Below, in pieces: positions 10,001 to 20,041 of a DNA stretch of 64,000 bases (within the stretch, counting starts at the first letter, position 1; each line of letters starts with the position of its first letter). The notes under the pieces are model-generated. The model did no database searches. It was not told where the DNA came from and worked only from the letters and a program-made list of their open reading frames with translations. Origin of the DNA: an uncultured virus (IMG/VR IMGVR_UViG_3300034012_002207) (Duplodnaviria > Heunggongvirae > Uroviricota > Caudoviricetes); IMG/VR virus record IMGVR_UViG_3300034012_002207; one strand, written 5' to 3'. Both the position numbers and the translations under genes were made by a program.

Positions 10001-11769
10001 ACATATAGCTTTAGCATTCGTTGAGAATTTTCTACAACTTTAGTATTCTTCTCAATTTCTTCATTGAAAAGTTGAACTTGCTTTGTATTTCTACTCATAT
10101 AGCTGTCAAAAGCTGCAAAAGCTGCTGCTGCTGCTGCTATTACTTGACCAATTGTACCAATTGATCTTAAAAATATGCTAACAGCAGTTATTCCGGCTGT
10201 AAATGTGCCTTGTATACGAGTTCTTAATTTATCCAAACCATTCATGTCTCTGGATTTTTTAATTTCTTCGTTCATTTTTTTAAGCGCTTCGGTAAACCCT
10301 AGCACTTCTACATTTTCACCGATTGCAGCAAGTATACCCAAGCGTTCTGCACGAGCACCTGCCTTTCTAGAAATTTGCTCACGCTGCCATTCTGCAAAAG
10401 TTTTTGGGCCGGCTTCAGCTTGTTTTAGTGCACCTGCTTCTGCTATAGTAAGAGATTTTCTTGCTTGTAATACCTGTAAGATTGCTTGTTTGTATTCTTG
10501 TAAGGCTATTACTTGTAGTTTTGCAGCATCAGTACCTAATTTATTTTGTGCAGTAATTTCTTTTTGTACTTGGCCAGACAATTTGCTTAGGGCAGCATCA
10601 TTCATGGAGCCTAAAGCACCAGGATCACGAGCAGCTTTATATACTGCAGATCTGCGTTTTTCAGCGTAGTCTTTATCTATATTTAATAGCTGTTCGCGGC
10701 TTTTTTGATATTGCTGTTCTACATTAGTTAAATTTTGTTTTAGTTCTGGTACTTTAAAACTAGCATTAATACGATCAACAAATCGTTCTCCAAATGCTTC
10801 ATTAATTTGTTGAGACTTGTCTTTTGCTACCTTTGCACTTTCTAATAATTCACTTCTCCAGCTAGTAAGTGCTGGTATTGCCATTTGCGTAAGTTTTATA
10901 GCAATAGCCCCCAGCGCAACTGTAAGTAGTGTAGAGCTTTTTGCAAATACATCTGCAATAGGTAATAAGAATTTATTTACTAGTTCAAGCCCAGCTTGTG
11001 TTAGATTTCGTATACTAGCTTCTAGTTGTTGATAAGGATTAGCTGGTATATCAATTTCTCCAAACTTTTTATTTCCTTCATCTAGGACTGCAATTGCAAA
11101 GGCTTGGCGACGTTCAAAATCTGTTAAACTAGCTTCTGCTTTACCTATTTTACGAGCATATTCTTCTACAGCAGGACCAATTTTAGTATAAATACCTAAT
11201 TCATCTAGTAATTCAGGCTCTAATTTTGTAATACCACGAGTTAGTCTATTTACCGCATCATTTAAGTCAATACCTAGTGCTTGTGAGGCTTTTTTAGCTA
11301 CATCACCAATTTGTAAAAATTGCCGCGAACTTAGTCCCGCACTAGTAGCTTTTGCTGCAGCTTGTGCAGCTTCACGAAAACTAATAGCTCCATCTGTGGC
11401 TTTAACAAATCCATCTGCTAGTGCTCCTAGAGCAATACCACTAGCTGCTCCTAGTTGATCTAAACCTTGTTTAAGTGTAGTAGTATCAGCAGCTTGTTTT
11501 AGTGCATTAAAAGCACTTATTGCTGCAAAACTATTAGCAGCTACAGTTGCATATATACGAACTAGTCCGCCTAAGCCTTGAGCTTGATTAGCAAAATCAC
11601 GAGCACTAGCTCCAGTGCTTCCCATAGCACCACGAGCACGGCCATACTCAATATTTTGAGATGCCGCTGCAGCTGCCTTTATCTCGTTATGAAACGCTCT
11701 GGCATCCCTAGTTTCATCTTTTATATTAGAGTTTAATTTTAATTGTAAATTAATTGTATTACCAGCCAT
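7054..11769 (-). CDS. tail tape measure protein
   Basis: 1571 aa Ala/Gln-rich helical; LTRGITKLEPELLDELGI as in T5-like TMPs; C-terminal AKGG..GEAGPEAIMPL. Confidence 0.92.
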   Translation of the reverse strand: MAGNTINLQLKLNSNIKDETRDARAFHNEIKAAAAASQNIEYGRARGAMGSTGASARDFANQAQGLGGLVRIYATVAANSFAAISAFNALKQAADTTTLKQGLDQLGAASGIALGALADGFVKATDGAISFREAAQAAAKATSAGLSSRQFLQIGDVAKKASQALGIDLNDAVNRLTRGITKLEPELLDELGIYTKIGPAVEEYARKIGKAEASLTDFERRQAFAIAVLDEGNKKFGEIDIPANPYQQLEASIRNLTQAGLELVNKFLLPIADVFAKSSTLLTVALGAIAIKLTQMAIPALTSWRSELLESAKVAKDKSQQINEAFGERFVDRINASFKVPELKQNLTNVEQQYQKSREQLLNIDKDYAEKRRSAVYKAARDPGALGSMNDAALSKLSGQVQKEITAQNKLGTDAAKLQVIALQEYKQAILQVLQARKSLTIAEAGALKQAEAGPKTFAEWQREQISRKAGARAERLGILAAIGENVEVLGFTEALKKMNEEIKKSRDMNGLDKLRTRIQGTFTAGITAVSIFLRSIGTIGQVIAAAAAAFAAFDSYMSRNTKQVQLFNEEIEKNTKVVENSQRMLKLYVGSITTDSLSAVSTSLGELIDGVDALTKKLQDTLTNQGWWDSLKQSVLGFFGEGVQADFATQIANNWTQQIASIPESEAKEAVKEKLRSILNITDLTSENIRRAVAGSKSPTQIVTSGQGEIGSAAAEVRRAGGAANATRESINNLTKASQELQNTFADTSPLTKFADALIKSSFDILESLKDMRSGIAAFKEILAKPAAFAMLEMGDIKQFQDIVKAQENLLKAERERATLQNDLSVLQPQITTGLAATRGTFFGRQQLQQAELLPGQRNIKAVSRLILKREDIEERIRELDTKISEAADKGTATAFEAIRKVFVDNIIKGFDLLNKATEIAKRQGVIQVGQAIISGISGPGSAAVASSLKQKELDLQLQQINTMSNLADQLLLNTLAVERATAARQAEELGRTANNFGFEVTGQNASEYLAAKRLASDLGRVSQIVAGGGRITGEQATTMEPGAGKFALQRATRQSGEDIARQGILTQKEIDRLNLIVALENERRAVQKDTERLTAQRVDNAQKIIGLQNYSITLLAEEQLKAQQQIERQRQFETQKQAFNDVNFEITKDIKREENLRGKNLIEEANIVKAIIQYKKEQLKELGRQQGIERNILFIQDAQQQIAAKSALETFRRTSAAESRSRVLSSVENELQTEQQLLDIANERGRLTPDQYAQSKKSLDLKILDLNTTRQQEQVQNKLVDAETKLNDEISKAVLAATEQNPITPEQLALWAERRSVIEQTANDELLADKKIAESKRLLITLQYDLTDRQKAYTDIFKNSFNSLADAMVNWMQTGKLAGKELFNSLIADLTRYELKLQMMEVYKAARPGLLSLLTPSFNNQPGVPTTTPDFEGAGFFLNQAKGGAFDLGIKTYAKGGMFTNSIVNQPTLFKFARGTGLMGEAGPEAIMPLKRDSQGNLGVSGGGQKTEVVINNYSNQPATTQETTDSRGNRKIEVVIGEMTAGEFQRSGSTSQRAMRSTFGLAPQLIRR

Positions 11770-11802
11770 GGTAGCTCCAAGCCTTTAATATTTAGTATAC
11801 CC

Positions 11803-11831
11803 ATTTTAACACAAAACCATTGTGGTGTCAA
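11803..11831 (-). promoter_or_regulatory. sigma70-type promoter for tape measure operon
   Basis: TTGACA-17-TAAAAT on minus strand. Confidence 0.7.
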
Positions 11832-11870
11832 CCCAAAAATTTTAGGATGTAAAAAAACCCGCAAAAGTTT

Positions 11871-12182
11871 TTACTTAGCGGGTTTTTCTTTTTTTGCGTT
11901 TGTTTCTTGTATGCGGATTCTATCAATCATTTTGATTAATAGCACCATAATATATCTATATTCAGATTCTGTGCCAGAAATATTAAATATTTCTGTGATG
12001 CCAACTAAATTTTTTCCTAAATATAAACCATTAAAACCATCCCATTCATCTTTTAATAGATTGTATATTTCAAAAGCTTCTTGAACTTCTAAAGAAAAAT
12101 CATCAAAAACTACTGGAATTTCATCAGGATTAGGTTCTGTGCCTAATTGTTCGCACATTTCAAAATACTGATCTTGAGTCAT
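11871..12182 (-). CDS. tail assembly chaperone, frameshift extension (gpT-like)
   Basis: between chaperone and TMP; open in -1 frame from the slippery site. Confidence 0.75.
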   Translation of the reverse strand: MTQDQYFEMCEQLGTEPNPDEIPVVFDDFSLEVQEAFEIYNLLKDEWDGFNGLYLGKNLVGITEIFNISGTESEYRYIMVLLIKMIDRIRIQETNAKKEKPAK

Positions 12183-12232
12183 ACCTACACTAGTATTTTG
12201 AATATAATTTTTTATATCACGTTCAGTTTGAG

Positions 12233-12640
12233 CTAATTGCTCTTGGAAAAGTTTCCCAGGTCGCTTACCTGTTCACTAATAAAGGCATCAAAATTGCTAG
12301 AATTTTTCATTAGGAATAGTGCGTTTTCTTGAGTATACTTCAGCTCGTGTTCTAAATCTTGGCCTGTTAAATCAACAGGGGCAAGTTGTTCTAAGTATTG
12401 TAGCTTAAATCCAGTCCAGCCTTTAATAGCATTTTCTACGTATAGTTGTAGGAAAATATCTTCATTAAATTCTTCGTTGGGCTGACGATTCTTGAATGTA
12501 GTCTTGGTAGACTTTTTACGAATGTTGAGCAGTGTTTCGCGGGATAAGAATGCAATCTGAATTAAAAACCCAGGCATTCCGGGATATTCTACTTCAACTT
12601 GTTTTGAGGGTACTAGTAGGGATTTTAGGGAAAGAGTCAT
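12233..12640 (-). CDS. tail assembly chaperone (gpG-like)
   Basis: follows major tail gene; ends ...DLGNFSKSN over GGGAAAC. Confidence 0.8.
   Translation of the reverse strand: MTLSLKSLLVPSKQVEVEYPGMPGFLIQIAFLSRETLLNIRKKSTKTTFKNRQPNEEFNEDIFLQLYVENAIKGWTGFKLQYLEQLAPVDLTGQDLEHELKYTQENALFLMKNSSNFDAFISEQVSDLGNFSKSN
12251..12257 (-). other. -1 programmed frameshift heptamer G GGA AAC
   Basis: X XXY YYZ pattern; -1 frame reads GKLFQEQLAQTERDIKNYIQNTSVG into MTQDQ without stop. Confidence 0.85.
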
Positions 12641-12699
12641 GTATTACCTTTGGTTTATAAAATACAGGGAGTATGTACTCCCTGTACGTGGACTACTAT

Positions 12700-13806
12700 T
12701 TAAGCATTAGTTGTATAATATCTTACAGTTAATTCGTTTGCACTAGCAATATCAAAGGCACTATTTGCACTGCCTTGAGCTGTAAATGTAATGGCTGTAC
12801 TAACAACCTGTTCCGTATTTACGCTAGGAATACTTAGCACAATAGCTGGCATGTCAAACTCTACACGATCTGCTCCTGTACCGCCTACTTTAATTATAGC
12901 ACGGAAAGCAGGGTCTACGTCAGTAGTACTACTAGTTAAAAGGGCACTCATTAGTCCTGCACTGTTTGTAGCACCTGTACGTAAGTAGCAGTTTAGGGTA
13001 CCAGTAATACCGCGAGTACCAGTAAAGTATGTAGCAGGTTGATTTACTACACCTAAGTTAGCAGGTGTTAAGTAAGTAATGTTATTGGTAATTGTTAAGC
13101 TACCACCTGTAAGTGCTAGTGTATAAGCTGTGCCTCCGCTAAGTTCACTGTCAAGTGTAACCACGCTTAGCTTATTAGCTATGTAAGGAGCAGTTGTAAC
13201 TTTAGTTTTAAAGTCGCCTGCTAAACTACCGCTCCAAGTATCTGCGTCTACAAATGTAGGAGTAGCAATTTGACGAAGAAACTTGCCTTGACCTGCCCAC
13301 TGAATACTTGCAATTGCATCTAAGCCAAAATCTACAGTAGCTGTGTTTACAACGCAATCATCAATTACAAAAGTTGTGGCGTCTAGAACGATAACTAGGC
13401 CAAATTTTTGTAGTTGGTGTACGTTTGAACTGGTAGCTACTACTGTACCAGCAGATGTTGCATCACTCCAAGCTGTACCGTCCGCACTAAACATAGCACC
13501 CCATAGTACGCTTTCTTCTGCAGTAATATTAGCACCAGCATCTTGTGGACGCATATAAGTAGTAAATGAAAAGTCAACTGGATCTAGTGCAGTATTAAAC
13601 TGACGCTGACCACGGCTAGGAGTAGCTCCGGCTTCGTTTAAGGCAACTGTTTCTGTGGTAGTGTTTTGTGAAAAGCTCATGCCATCCAAGACTTGAATTT
13701 CACGAGTATTAGCTGCTGTGAACCCAGTTGCGGCTACTACACCAGTTGTTGTACCAACATTCTTAGTCCAAAACACTCTAGCGTTACGAATTAAATTATA
13801 ACTCAT
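12700..13806 (-). CDS. major tail tube protein (T5 pb6-like)
   Basis: LIRNARVF, EIQVLDG.SFSQ, RG...FNTAL.P.DFSF.TY.RP; synteny. Confidence 0.88.
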   Translation of the reverse strand: MSYNLIRNARVFWTKNVGTTTGVVAATGFTAANTREIQVLDGMSFSQNTTTETVALNEAGATPSRGQRQFNTALDPVDFSFTTYMRPQDAGANITAEESVLWGAMFSADGTAWSDATSAGTVVATSSNVHQLQKFGLVIVLDATTFVIDDCVVNTATVDFGLDAIASIQWAGQGKFLRQIATPTFVDADTWSGSLAGDFKTKVTTAPYIANKLSVVTLDSELSGGTAYTLALTGGSLTITNNITYLTPANLGVVNQPATYFTGTRGITGTLNCYLRTGATNSAGLMSALLTSSTTDVDPAFRAIIKVGGTGADRVEFDMPAIVLSIPSVNTEQVVSTAITFTAQGSANSAFDIASANELTVRYYTTNA

Positions 13807-13883
13807 CTTTTTTCCTTGTTATTGGGTGCAGTACTAGCCGTAGCAAGACATTTATCTGCGTTTAGCTATACTAGCACGGGTTC

Positions 13884-14324
13884 TTACACGATTGGATATC
13901 TAACCTGTAAGTTAATCTCTCCAACTCCATAAGGTACTAATAGTCCTTCATCAGTTGTGATTGATTGTACTAGAATTTCTGTTGTTTCTAGATTTTGTTC
14001 GGTGTCATAAATTAGAACCCTGTTAGAATCTACGCATTGTTCTATATCTTCTAGCAATTGTTCAAGCTGCTCTTGTGTGTTATCTTCACTACGAACATAT
14101 GCTTTAATTGCTATATTTAAGAAACCCCAAGCAAAGTCTCCTGGCATGTACTCACGGGTTTCGCTGCCGGGGGTTGCATATATACTAGGAAAATCTTGTA
14201 TTTCGTCCCAGAACTTTAATTTGGCATATGCGTTGTTATACACATTGGTAGTGTATGGTGCAGTACCGTCTATTAGCTTTAGCTTTTCTACTAGGGCTTT
14301 GGTAATCTGTGTGCGCTTAGTCAT
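13884..14324 (-). CDS. tail terminator protein
   Basis: RTQI..ALVEKL, ITTDEGLLVPYGVGEI as in T5-like terminators. Confidence 0.8.
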   Translation of the reverse strand: MTKRTQITKALVEKLKLIDGTAPYTTNVYNNAYAKLKFWDEIQDFPSIYATPGSETREYMPGDFAWGFLNIAIKAYVRSEDNTQEQLEQLLEDIEQCVDSNRVLIYDTEQNLETTEILVQSITTDEGLLVPYGVGEINLQVRYPIV

Positions 14325-15814
14325 GCTAGTACGGCCCTCATTTTGGTTATCATTTGTTCTTGCATGATTTCACGGATTGACTTAGAGATTAACAGTTTAG
14401 GGTCTCTGGATCTAGGAAACTCCTGTCTGCCGCCTTGACTAAAAGTAGCGTATGGATATCGCATATAATTATAATATGCAGTTATCATGCCTTCACGGCC
14501 TTGAGTAATCCGCTCAACTCTAGCACTTTCTGCAAACCTACCAGTTCTGTAGTTTAAAATATCGGTTCTGCTACCAGTTCCCATATTTTGACGAATTCTA
14601 GCAGTTAATTGTGATGCTAATATATTTTGAAGATCCGTTAGGGATCGCTGAGATACTAAATCTTCTAATATTAAATTTTCTTTTATCTTTTTAGTATCAG
14701 GTTTTGCTGCTTTTAATTTATTTTTTAAATTGGTCAAAGTCTGTATTTTTTGCTTATTAGACTTTGGTTTTGAAATCTTATTTGACTTTTTAGCAACTAA
14801 TACTGGTTGTTGCTTATATACTTTTTTACTAAGAGTTTTGCCAGCAATAGTATCTGCTATATCTTTTGCTATTAAGTCTATAAAACTTGGAGATCCTGGA
14901 GTATTTATTAATGTAATACCCAGAGCAGGAGATTTATTAATTATTGTAGCAAACTCTTGATTTGATAAATTAAATATATTTCTTAATTCATCAATAATAG
15001 GAATACTTGCTCGTCCTGACTGAATATTACCTACTCTATGTTGAAGCTCAACTAGGTATGTATTTGAAGATTTTATATATCCTGCATAAAGTTCTTGATC
15101 TACAGCATTTGGTAAATTTGCTGTAGCTAAGTCATCTTGAACTAATTTATCAATGTAACTATCAAGTACTTCTAATAGAGCATCTCTTTGTGCCTTTGTT
15201 TCAAAATCTACTTTTGCTAATTGATTTCTGAATTGTCGTACTAGATTGGTGGCTACACTAATTACGTGACCTTTATTAAAATAATATCCTAAAGTACCTC
15301 GTTCTTTTGCTTTATCAGCAATTTCTCTTTCTAGCTTTCTTTTTTCTGCTGTGGTACTTGATTTATATTTAGGATTATTTTTTAAGGCTTCTATTTCATT
15401 TTTATAGTATACTTGTTCAGCCTCATAGTATGCGTCTTGTATTTCAGGTATAGCATCTAATATATTAGTAATTTTTGTACTTATAGTGTCAAAACCAATA
15501 TTTTTAAAAAATACTGCTGTTTCACCATTTACATTAATTTGAGTTCCACTAATAGTATCTTTGCTTGTTGCAGTTACTTTTAACAAGTCTGATAAGAATA
15601 TTTGAGCTTCACTGTTATCTATGTCTATATTGGCTATTGTTTTATATAGCTGTTTTACAGTGCTAGTCGTAATATAAAAACTAGTTTTTTGACTAACCTG
15701 CTCTCGGTCTCTAAGAGCCTTTGAGGTGGCTGTTACAATATTTTTATCAAGATTAGATAACCAATTTTTATATACTTGACTTTGTAGTGCTGCTGTAAAA
15801 TTTGCTATACCCAT
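14321..15814 (-). CDS. tail completion/neck protein
   Basis: C-terminal LNYRTGRFAES...YMRYPYATF..G...RDP.LLIS.SIREI; synteny. Confidence 0.7.
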   Translation of the reverse strand: MGIANFTAALQSQVYKNWLSNLDKNIVTATSKALRDREQVSQKTSFYITTSTVKQLYKTIANIDIDNSEAQIFLSDLLKVTATSKDTISGTQINVNGETAVFFKNIGFDTISTKITNILDAIPEIQDAYYEAEQVYYKNEIEALKNNPKYKSSTTAEKRKLEREIADKAKERGTLGYYFNKGHVISVATNLVRQFRNQLAKVDFETKAQRDALLEVLDSYIDKLVQDDLATANLPNAVDQELYAGYIKSSNTYLVELQHRVGNIQSGRASIPIIDELRNIFNLSNQEFATIINKSPALGITLINTPGSPSFIDLIAKDIADTIAGKTLSKKVYKQQPVLVAKKSNKISKPKSNKQKIQTLTNLKNKLKAAKPDTKKIKENLILEDLVSQRSLTDLQNILASQLTARIRQNMGTGSRTDILNYRTGRFAESARVERITQGREGMITAYYNYMRYPYATFSQGGRQEFPRSRDPKLLISKSIREIMQEQMITKMRAVLA

Positions 15815-16383
15815 TACGCATAATCCGCCATGTAGAGATCAAATACTCGTCTAATGTGTGCTGGCAGGCTACTACTTTGTACATATTCAATTTGTGTATT
15901 ATTAGTACCAGCAGCTTTAGTTGACTTTACTGCTGCATCATTGTCTTTGTAGTATGTGAGTAAATCCATACAAGCAGCTTTTAAATCTTCTGGCACAATC
16001 TCGTAACCACCAAAGTAGGCAACCTTATAGCCGCGAATTAACTTCTCAAATATGCCGCTAGGATGTAGGCTTATTATATCGTCGCCATCTACAACCCAAT
16101 CTGTAAATTTTACTAGTGGTGTCCAAGTTTGACCGTAGTCTTTGCTCTGCTGAACACTAGTTACTGTGACCACTGGAGTTTCGCGTAGTAGAATACGATC
16201 AAATCCGCCGGTACTGTACTCGATAAGCGGATCGTTATAGTAATCTATAAATGTGCGTTTGCAGTAAGTTTTTGCAAACTGTGAAACCTTAGGAATTAAG
16301 CTATCAATTTCACCGTCAGAATTTGCGCTATTAATCCCTATGTACGACTTATATTCTTGTCTGGTAAAAAGGCTTAATCCCAT
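15814..16383 (-). CDS. head completion / head-tail adaptor
   Basis: EYK.Y.GI, Y.GGY..VPEDLK.A, LPAHIRRV; follows capsid. Confidence 0.8.
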   Translation of the reverse strand: MGLSLFTRQEYKSYIGINSANSDGEIDSLIPKVSQFAKTYCKRTFIDYYNDPLIEYSTGGFDRILLRETPVVTVTSVQQSKDYGQTWTPLVKFTDWVVDGDDIISLHPSGIFEKLIRGYKVAYFGGYEIVPEDLKAACMDLLTYYKDNDAAVKSTKAAGTNNTQIEYVQSSSLPAHIRRVFDLYMADYA

Positions 16384-16471
16384 GTTATCTCCTGTTGTTT
16401 CCGGGCTAGACTCGTTAGAATCTAGCCAAGAAACAGGGCTTTATAGCCCTGTTAGTTCCCATCCCTGAGAA

Positions 16472-18406
16472 TTAGGCTACGTAACGTAGAGCGCTTACGC
16501 CCTGACCAAGGTTAGTAGTAACTTGGGTCATGCCAGTGCGTAGGCTGGCAACCATTACGCGACGTTGTGTTTCAACTAGGTCATCGGTGTCAACACGTAG
16601 ACCACGCTGATTACCAACTAGGAAGTTACCTGGTGCAAAGCAGATTGCTCCAACAGCAGCAGCGGCTTTATCAGCAAACTCAGCACTTACTAGAACTGGA
16701 GTATTAGCAACGCTACCGATTTGACCTGTTAGTAAAGTAGCTTGTGTGCCAACTTTATCAACAGTTAGGAAGTTATCGTCGTCTAAGAGATCGTAGTAAC
16801 CGTCTGTGCTTACAATATAAACTAGCTCAGCAGGATCTAAGCCCCAAGCACCTAGGTCACGACGCATTGCACGTAGAAGTGCAACTGTTAGCTTAGCGTT
16901 ATCGCTAATGTCTAGATTAACTGCGCTTGTTTCGTCGTATGTGGCAAGACCTTTAACAGGATCTGCACCAGCACCGGCACCACGTAGCATTGCGCGATCA
17001 ACAGCACGAGCAACACGGCGAACCATTGCGTCACGGATAACAGGCATAATTGCTATTAGAGCATCTTCTTCTTCTTCGAAGGCTACATACTCGTTGGTAG
17101 CAACTTTGTATGCGTTAAGAGTGATCTCTTTAAGAGCGTGAACAGCAGTATTACCAGCTGAAGCTGAGGCACCAAACTGGCTATTCTGAACCCAACTTGC
17201 AACACCTGCTTCGGGGTTAACAGGAATAGTCATTACGTTAGTTTGCATTGCAATACTACGTAGGGTAGGAGCAACAACTAGGCGACGGCGAACTTCGTTT
17301 TCCATTGCTAGGCTAACTTCTAGTTCCCAAGTTGCGCTTGGCTGGTGAGGGCTTTGACCTGTACCACCGTACTTTTGAACTAGTTCACGACCTAGACGTG
17401 TCTGGTCGATTGCTTTGCCGCTCATCTTGGCTAAGAGAACTGCTTTCTCTTTGTCGGCATAGCTCATTTCGCCTTGTTTGCCATCAACGAATTGCATCTT
17501 GCTTTTCTGAATAGCTTCTAGCTCTTGTGCTTTTTCTTTTAGGGCAGCTTCTAGGCCAGTGATAACACTCTTGGTGCTTTCTGCTTGTTCTTGGAAGCGC
17601 TTCTCTACTTCGGCTAGTAGCTTTTCTGCACCAGTTTCAGTAGGAGTTACAGCAGCAACAGCTGCTTTGATACGTGCTTGTAGCTCAGCTTCTGCTTGTT
17701 CACGAGCAGCTTTCTCAGCTTCTACACGAGCTTGTTCTTCTTTGATAGCCTTAGCAGCTTGCTGTGCAGCGTCTTGAGCTGTTTGGGCTAGTAATTGCTT
17801 TAATTCTTCTGGAGTCATGTCCAATTCCTCTTTGGTTGTGCTCTTTGCTTGCCTAGTGGTGTCTAGCCCTTTAGCTGACTCGCTTTGGGGTGCAAATTGC
17901 GCGATAAATTCACGATACTCCGTAACGGAGTTAAACGATTTTGAAAGATTAAAAAGTGTGTTTTGATTTGCTGGTACCGAAACTACCGAAATTTCATGTA
18001 ATTCTAAGTCTTTGACTAGGAAAACTTCTGCGGCTGTATTATATTCCGCATCTTTAATTCTAAATCCAACTGAAAATGCTGTTAAAACTTCGTCTTTGAT
18101 AAGCTGGTATACTTTTTCAGCAGCTTTTGAGATCCTAGCTTTAATCCATAATCCTTTTGCATCTACTTTGTGCTCAGTCATACGACCAACTGGTTGAGTA
18201 TGGTCATGAAATGCTAGGATAACAGGATTTTTTATGTAGTTCTCTAAGCCTCTTTCCCAAACTGAGGTGGGGATTACATCGCCGTGTCTGTCAACATCCA
18301 CAGTTGATGCATATCCACTAATCTCAATTACGTCTGGTTCTGCTGGTAGCGGCTCAGCTTTAGTAAAGACACTGTTAAAGTACAGGATCTTATTTTTGTC
18401 TACCAT
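16472..18406 (-). CDS. HK97-type prohead protease fused in frame to major capsid protein
   Basis: ISGYAST..DRHGD, LAFHDH..PVG, FSVGF, LHEISVVSVPAN, then coiled-coil delta domain and HK97-fold capsid. Confidence 0.9.
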   Translation of the reverse strand: MVDKNKILYFNSVFTKAEPLPAEPDVIEISGYASTVDVDRHGDVIPTSVWERGLENYIKNPVILAFHDHTQPVGRMTEHKVDAKGLWIKARISKAAEKVYQLIKDEVLTAFSVGFRIKDAEYNTAAEVFLVKDLELHEISVVSVPANQNTLFNLSKSFNSVTEYREFIAQFAPQSESAKGLDTTRQAKSTTKEELDMTPEELKQLLAQTAQDAAQQAAKAIKEEQARVEAEKAAREQAEAELQARIKAAVAAVTPTETGAEKLLAEVEKRFQEQAESTKSVITGLEAALKEKAQELEAIQKSKMQFVDGKQGEMSYADKEKAVLLAKMSGKAIDQTRLGRELVQKYGGTGQSPHQPSATWELEVSLAMENEVRRRLVVAPTLRSIAMQTNVMTIPVNPEAGVASWVQNSQFGASASAGNTAVHALKEITLNAYKVATNEYVAFEEEEDALIAIMPVIRDAMVRRVARAVDRAMLRGAGAGADPVKGLATYDETSAVNLDISDNAKLTVALLRAMRRDLGAWGLDPAELVYIVSTDGYYDLLDDDNFLTVDKVGTQATLLTGQIGSVANTPVLVSAEFADKAAAAVGAICFAPGNFLVGNQRGLRVDTDDLVETQRRVMVASLRTGMTQVTTNLGQGVSALRYVA

Positions 18407-18414
18407 AATTTCCT

Positions 18415-19596
18415 CTATTCATTTCCACCCTGGGGCCTACCCCCTTGGGATGGATTTGCTGCACTACCAGCAATGTTAGCTGGAATTCTTATCTCGTCGG
18501 CTCCGTCTATGCGATCATAGCGGAGTTCCTGACGAGCTTCGTTAGGTGTTATAATACCGCCGTTGACCAGTGTACTATGGTAGCTGGCAATATCTTTAAT
18601 GTCTGGTTGTAGGGCCGATACCGTTTGTGTGATTGCTTCCACGTCATATCCAAAGTACCGTTCTACTGCACTTACCCAGGACTTGGCAATAGGCATCACA
18701 GTTTCTAGGTAAAATAAGCGCAAGTTAGGAGCAATGTTGGCATTGTTGCCACCCATGAGCAAGATAGGCGGAACGCCTAAGGCTTGCAGGATCTTTTCTT
18801 GATGAGTCTTGATCGATTGATCAAAGTCCATTTCTTTAAAACTGGTGTCTGTGATCTTTTGTGGCTTTAAACCACTGTCCAAGATAACCGGACGACGACC
18901 ACCCACTTTAGGGTTGTACTTTTGCTGCCAGTACTGTATAGTACGCTCTTTGGCAATAGTGCTCAAAGTATTCTCGGTTGTAAGCACCATGCCAAACACA
19001 GCACCGTTTTCAAAGAACGCATCCTGAAACTGTTCCATGTTGTACAAGGTCCGAATCGAACGCTGCGCACTTTCCAACCTGCTAGATCCCCGGTAAATAC
19101 TATCACTACTCAGGTCTTTGAGTGAAAATACCTCCCCTTCCCGAAAGTCTACCAATCCGTTGTAACGGTAGCCTTTGATAAATGTCTTTTCATCGGTGAG
19201 TATTTCTACACGCGAAGCGGGCAGGTGGTAGAGAAACGTACCGTCGTAGTGTACAAACACATTGCCTTCTAGTAAATAGTCGGTAAATATGTTTTTACGA
19301 AAATCTTGTGCCGATTGGTAGGGGTTAGGTCTGTAGTTTAGCATGGTAGCTAGGGACTTTTGACGAGTACCTACAACCACACCCTCGTACAACTTATCCT
19401 TGACGTCATAGTCTAAACCCGCACAAGCACTTACAATTAAGTTAACGCCGCGGTTAACCATTTCAACACGCTTAAACGCTTGCTGATAGGTAAGGGGCGC
19501 AGTGGTACCAATCATGGTACCCTCTTCTTGTGCTATTCTAACCTGCGCAGGATTGAGTTTCCAGCGCAAGTCACTAAAAAATTGTTTTATTCCCAC
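18415..19596 (-). CDS. portal protein
   Basis: HK97 portal motifs (PNPYQS, FFENGA, LGVPPILL, GIITPNEAR); likely GTG start at 19596 with GGAGA RBS. Confidence 0.92.
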   Translation of the reverse strand: MGIKQFFSDLRWKLNPAQVRIAQEEGTMIGTTAPLTYQQAFKRVEMVNRGVNLIVSACAGLDYDVKDKLYEGVVVGTRQKSLATMLNYRPNPYQSAQDFRKNIFTDYLLEGNVFVHYDGTFLYHLPASRVEILTDEKTFIKGYRYNGLVDFREGEVFSLKDLSSDSIYRGSSRLESAQRSIRTLYNMEQFQDAFFENGAVFGMVLTTENTLSTIAKERTIQYWQQKYNPKVGGRRPVILDSGLKPQKITDTSFKEMDFDQSIKTHQEKILQALGVPPILLMGGNNANIAPNLRLFYLETVMPIAKSWVSAVERYFGYDVEAITQTVSALQPDIKDIASYHSTLVNGGIITPNEARQELRYDRIDGADEIRIPANIAGSAANPSQGGRPQGGNE

Positions 19597-20032
19597 GGCT
19601 ATCTCCACTGGTAAACTCACTAAACGGAGATCCCCACGTAGGCTGCTGGAAAACTTCACCACTCTGTTTCTGACGCTGCAGTTCCAACCAATGCTGCTGT
19701 TTTTGAGCAGTACCCAGACCAGGCGCTTTGCCAAATATCTGGTGTAAGCGAACGTGGTGTGGATTACATAGTGTGTACACTAGTTCGTACAGCTCACGGT
19801 GATGCTCACTAATGAACTGATCCCGTACCCTAAGTACCTCATCATCCGTATCCAGCTCGATGCCCAGTTGTTGGCACCAGCGTTCAAGGAGTAGGGTAAT
19901 ACTGTGGGTATGGTGTAGTTCAAGGTCTTGGTTGGTTCCACAAACCCAGCAAGTGGATTGCTTTTGGTAAGCACCCTTGGCACGGTCTCGGATCCATTTT
20001 ACAGGTATACGTTTTTGAGTATTTTTTGCCAT
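19574..20032 (-). CDS. HNH nicking endonuclease (T5-like)
   Basis: CWVCG...LELHH...TLC..HH..LH; T5-like position upstream of portal. Confidence 0.8.
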   Translation of the reverse strand: MAKNTQKRIPVKWIRDRAKGAYQKQSTCWVCGTNQDLELHHTHSITLLLERWCQQLGIELDTDDEVLRVRDQFISEHHRELYELVYTLCNPHHVRLHQIFGKAPGLGTAQKQQHWLELQRQKQSGEVFQQPTWGSPFSEFTSGDSRGNKTIF

Positions 20033-20041
20033 AATGTTAGT

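Noticed and set aside
19597..19734. N-terminal extension of portal in ORF track
   Set aside because: Overlaps the HNH gene; a better GTG start with RBS lies at 19596.
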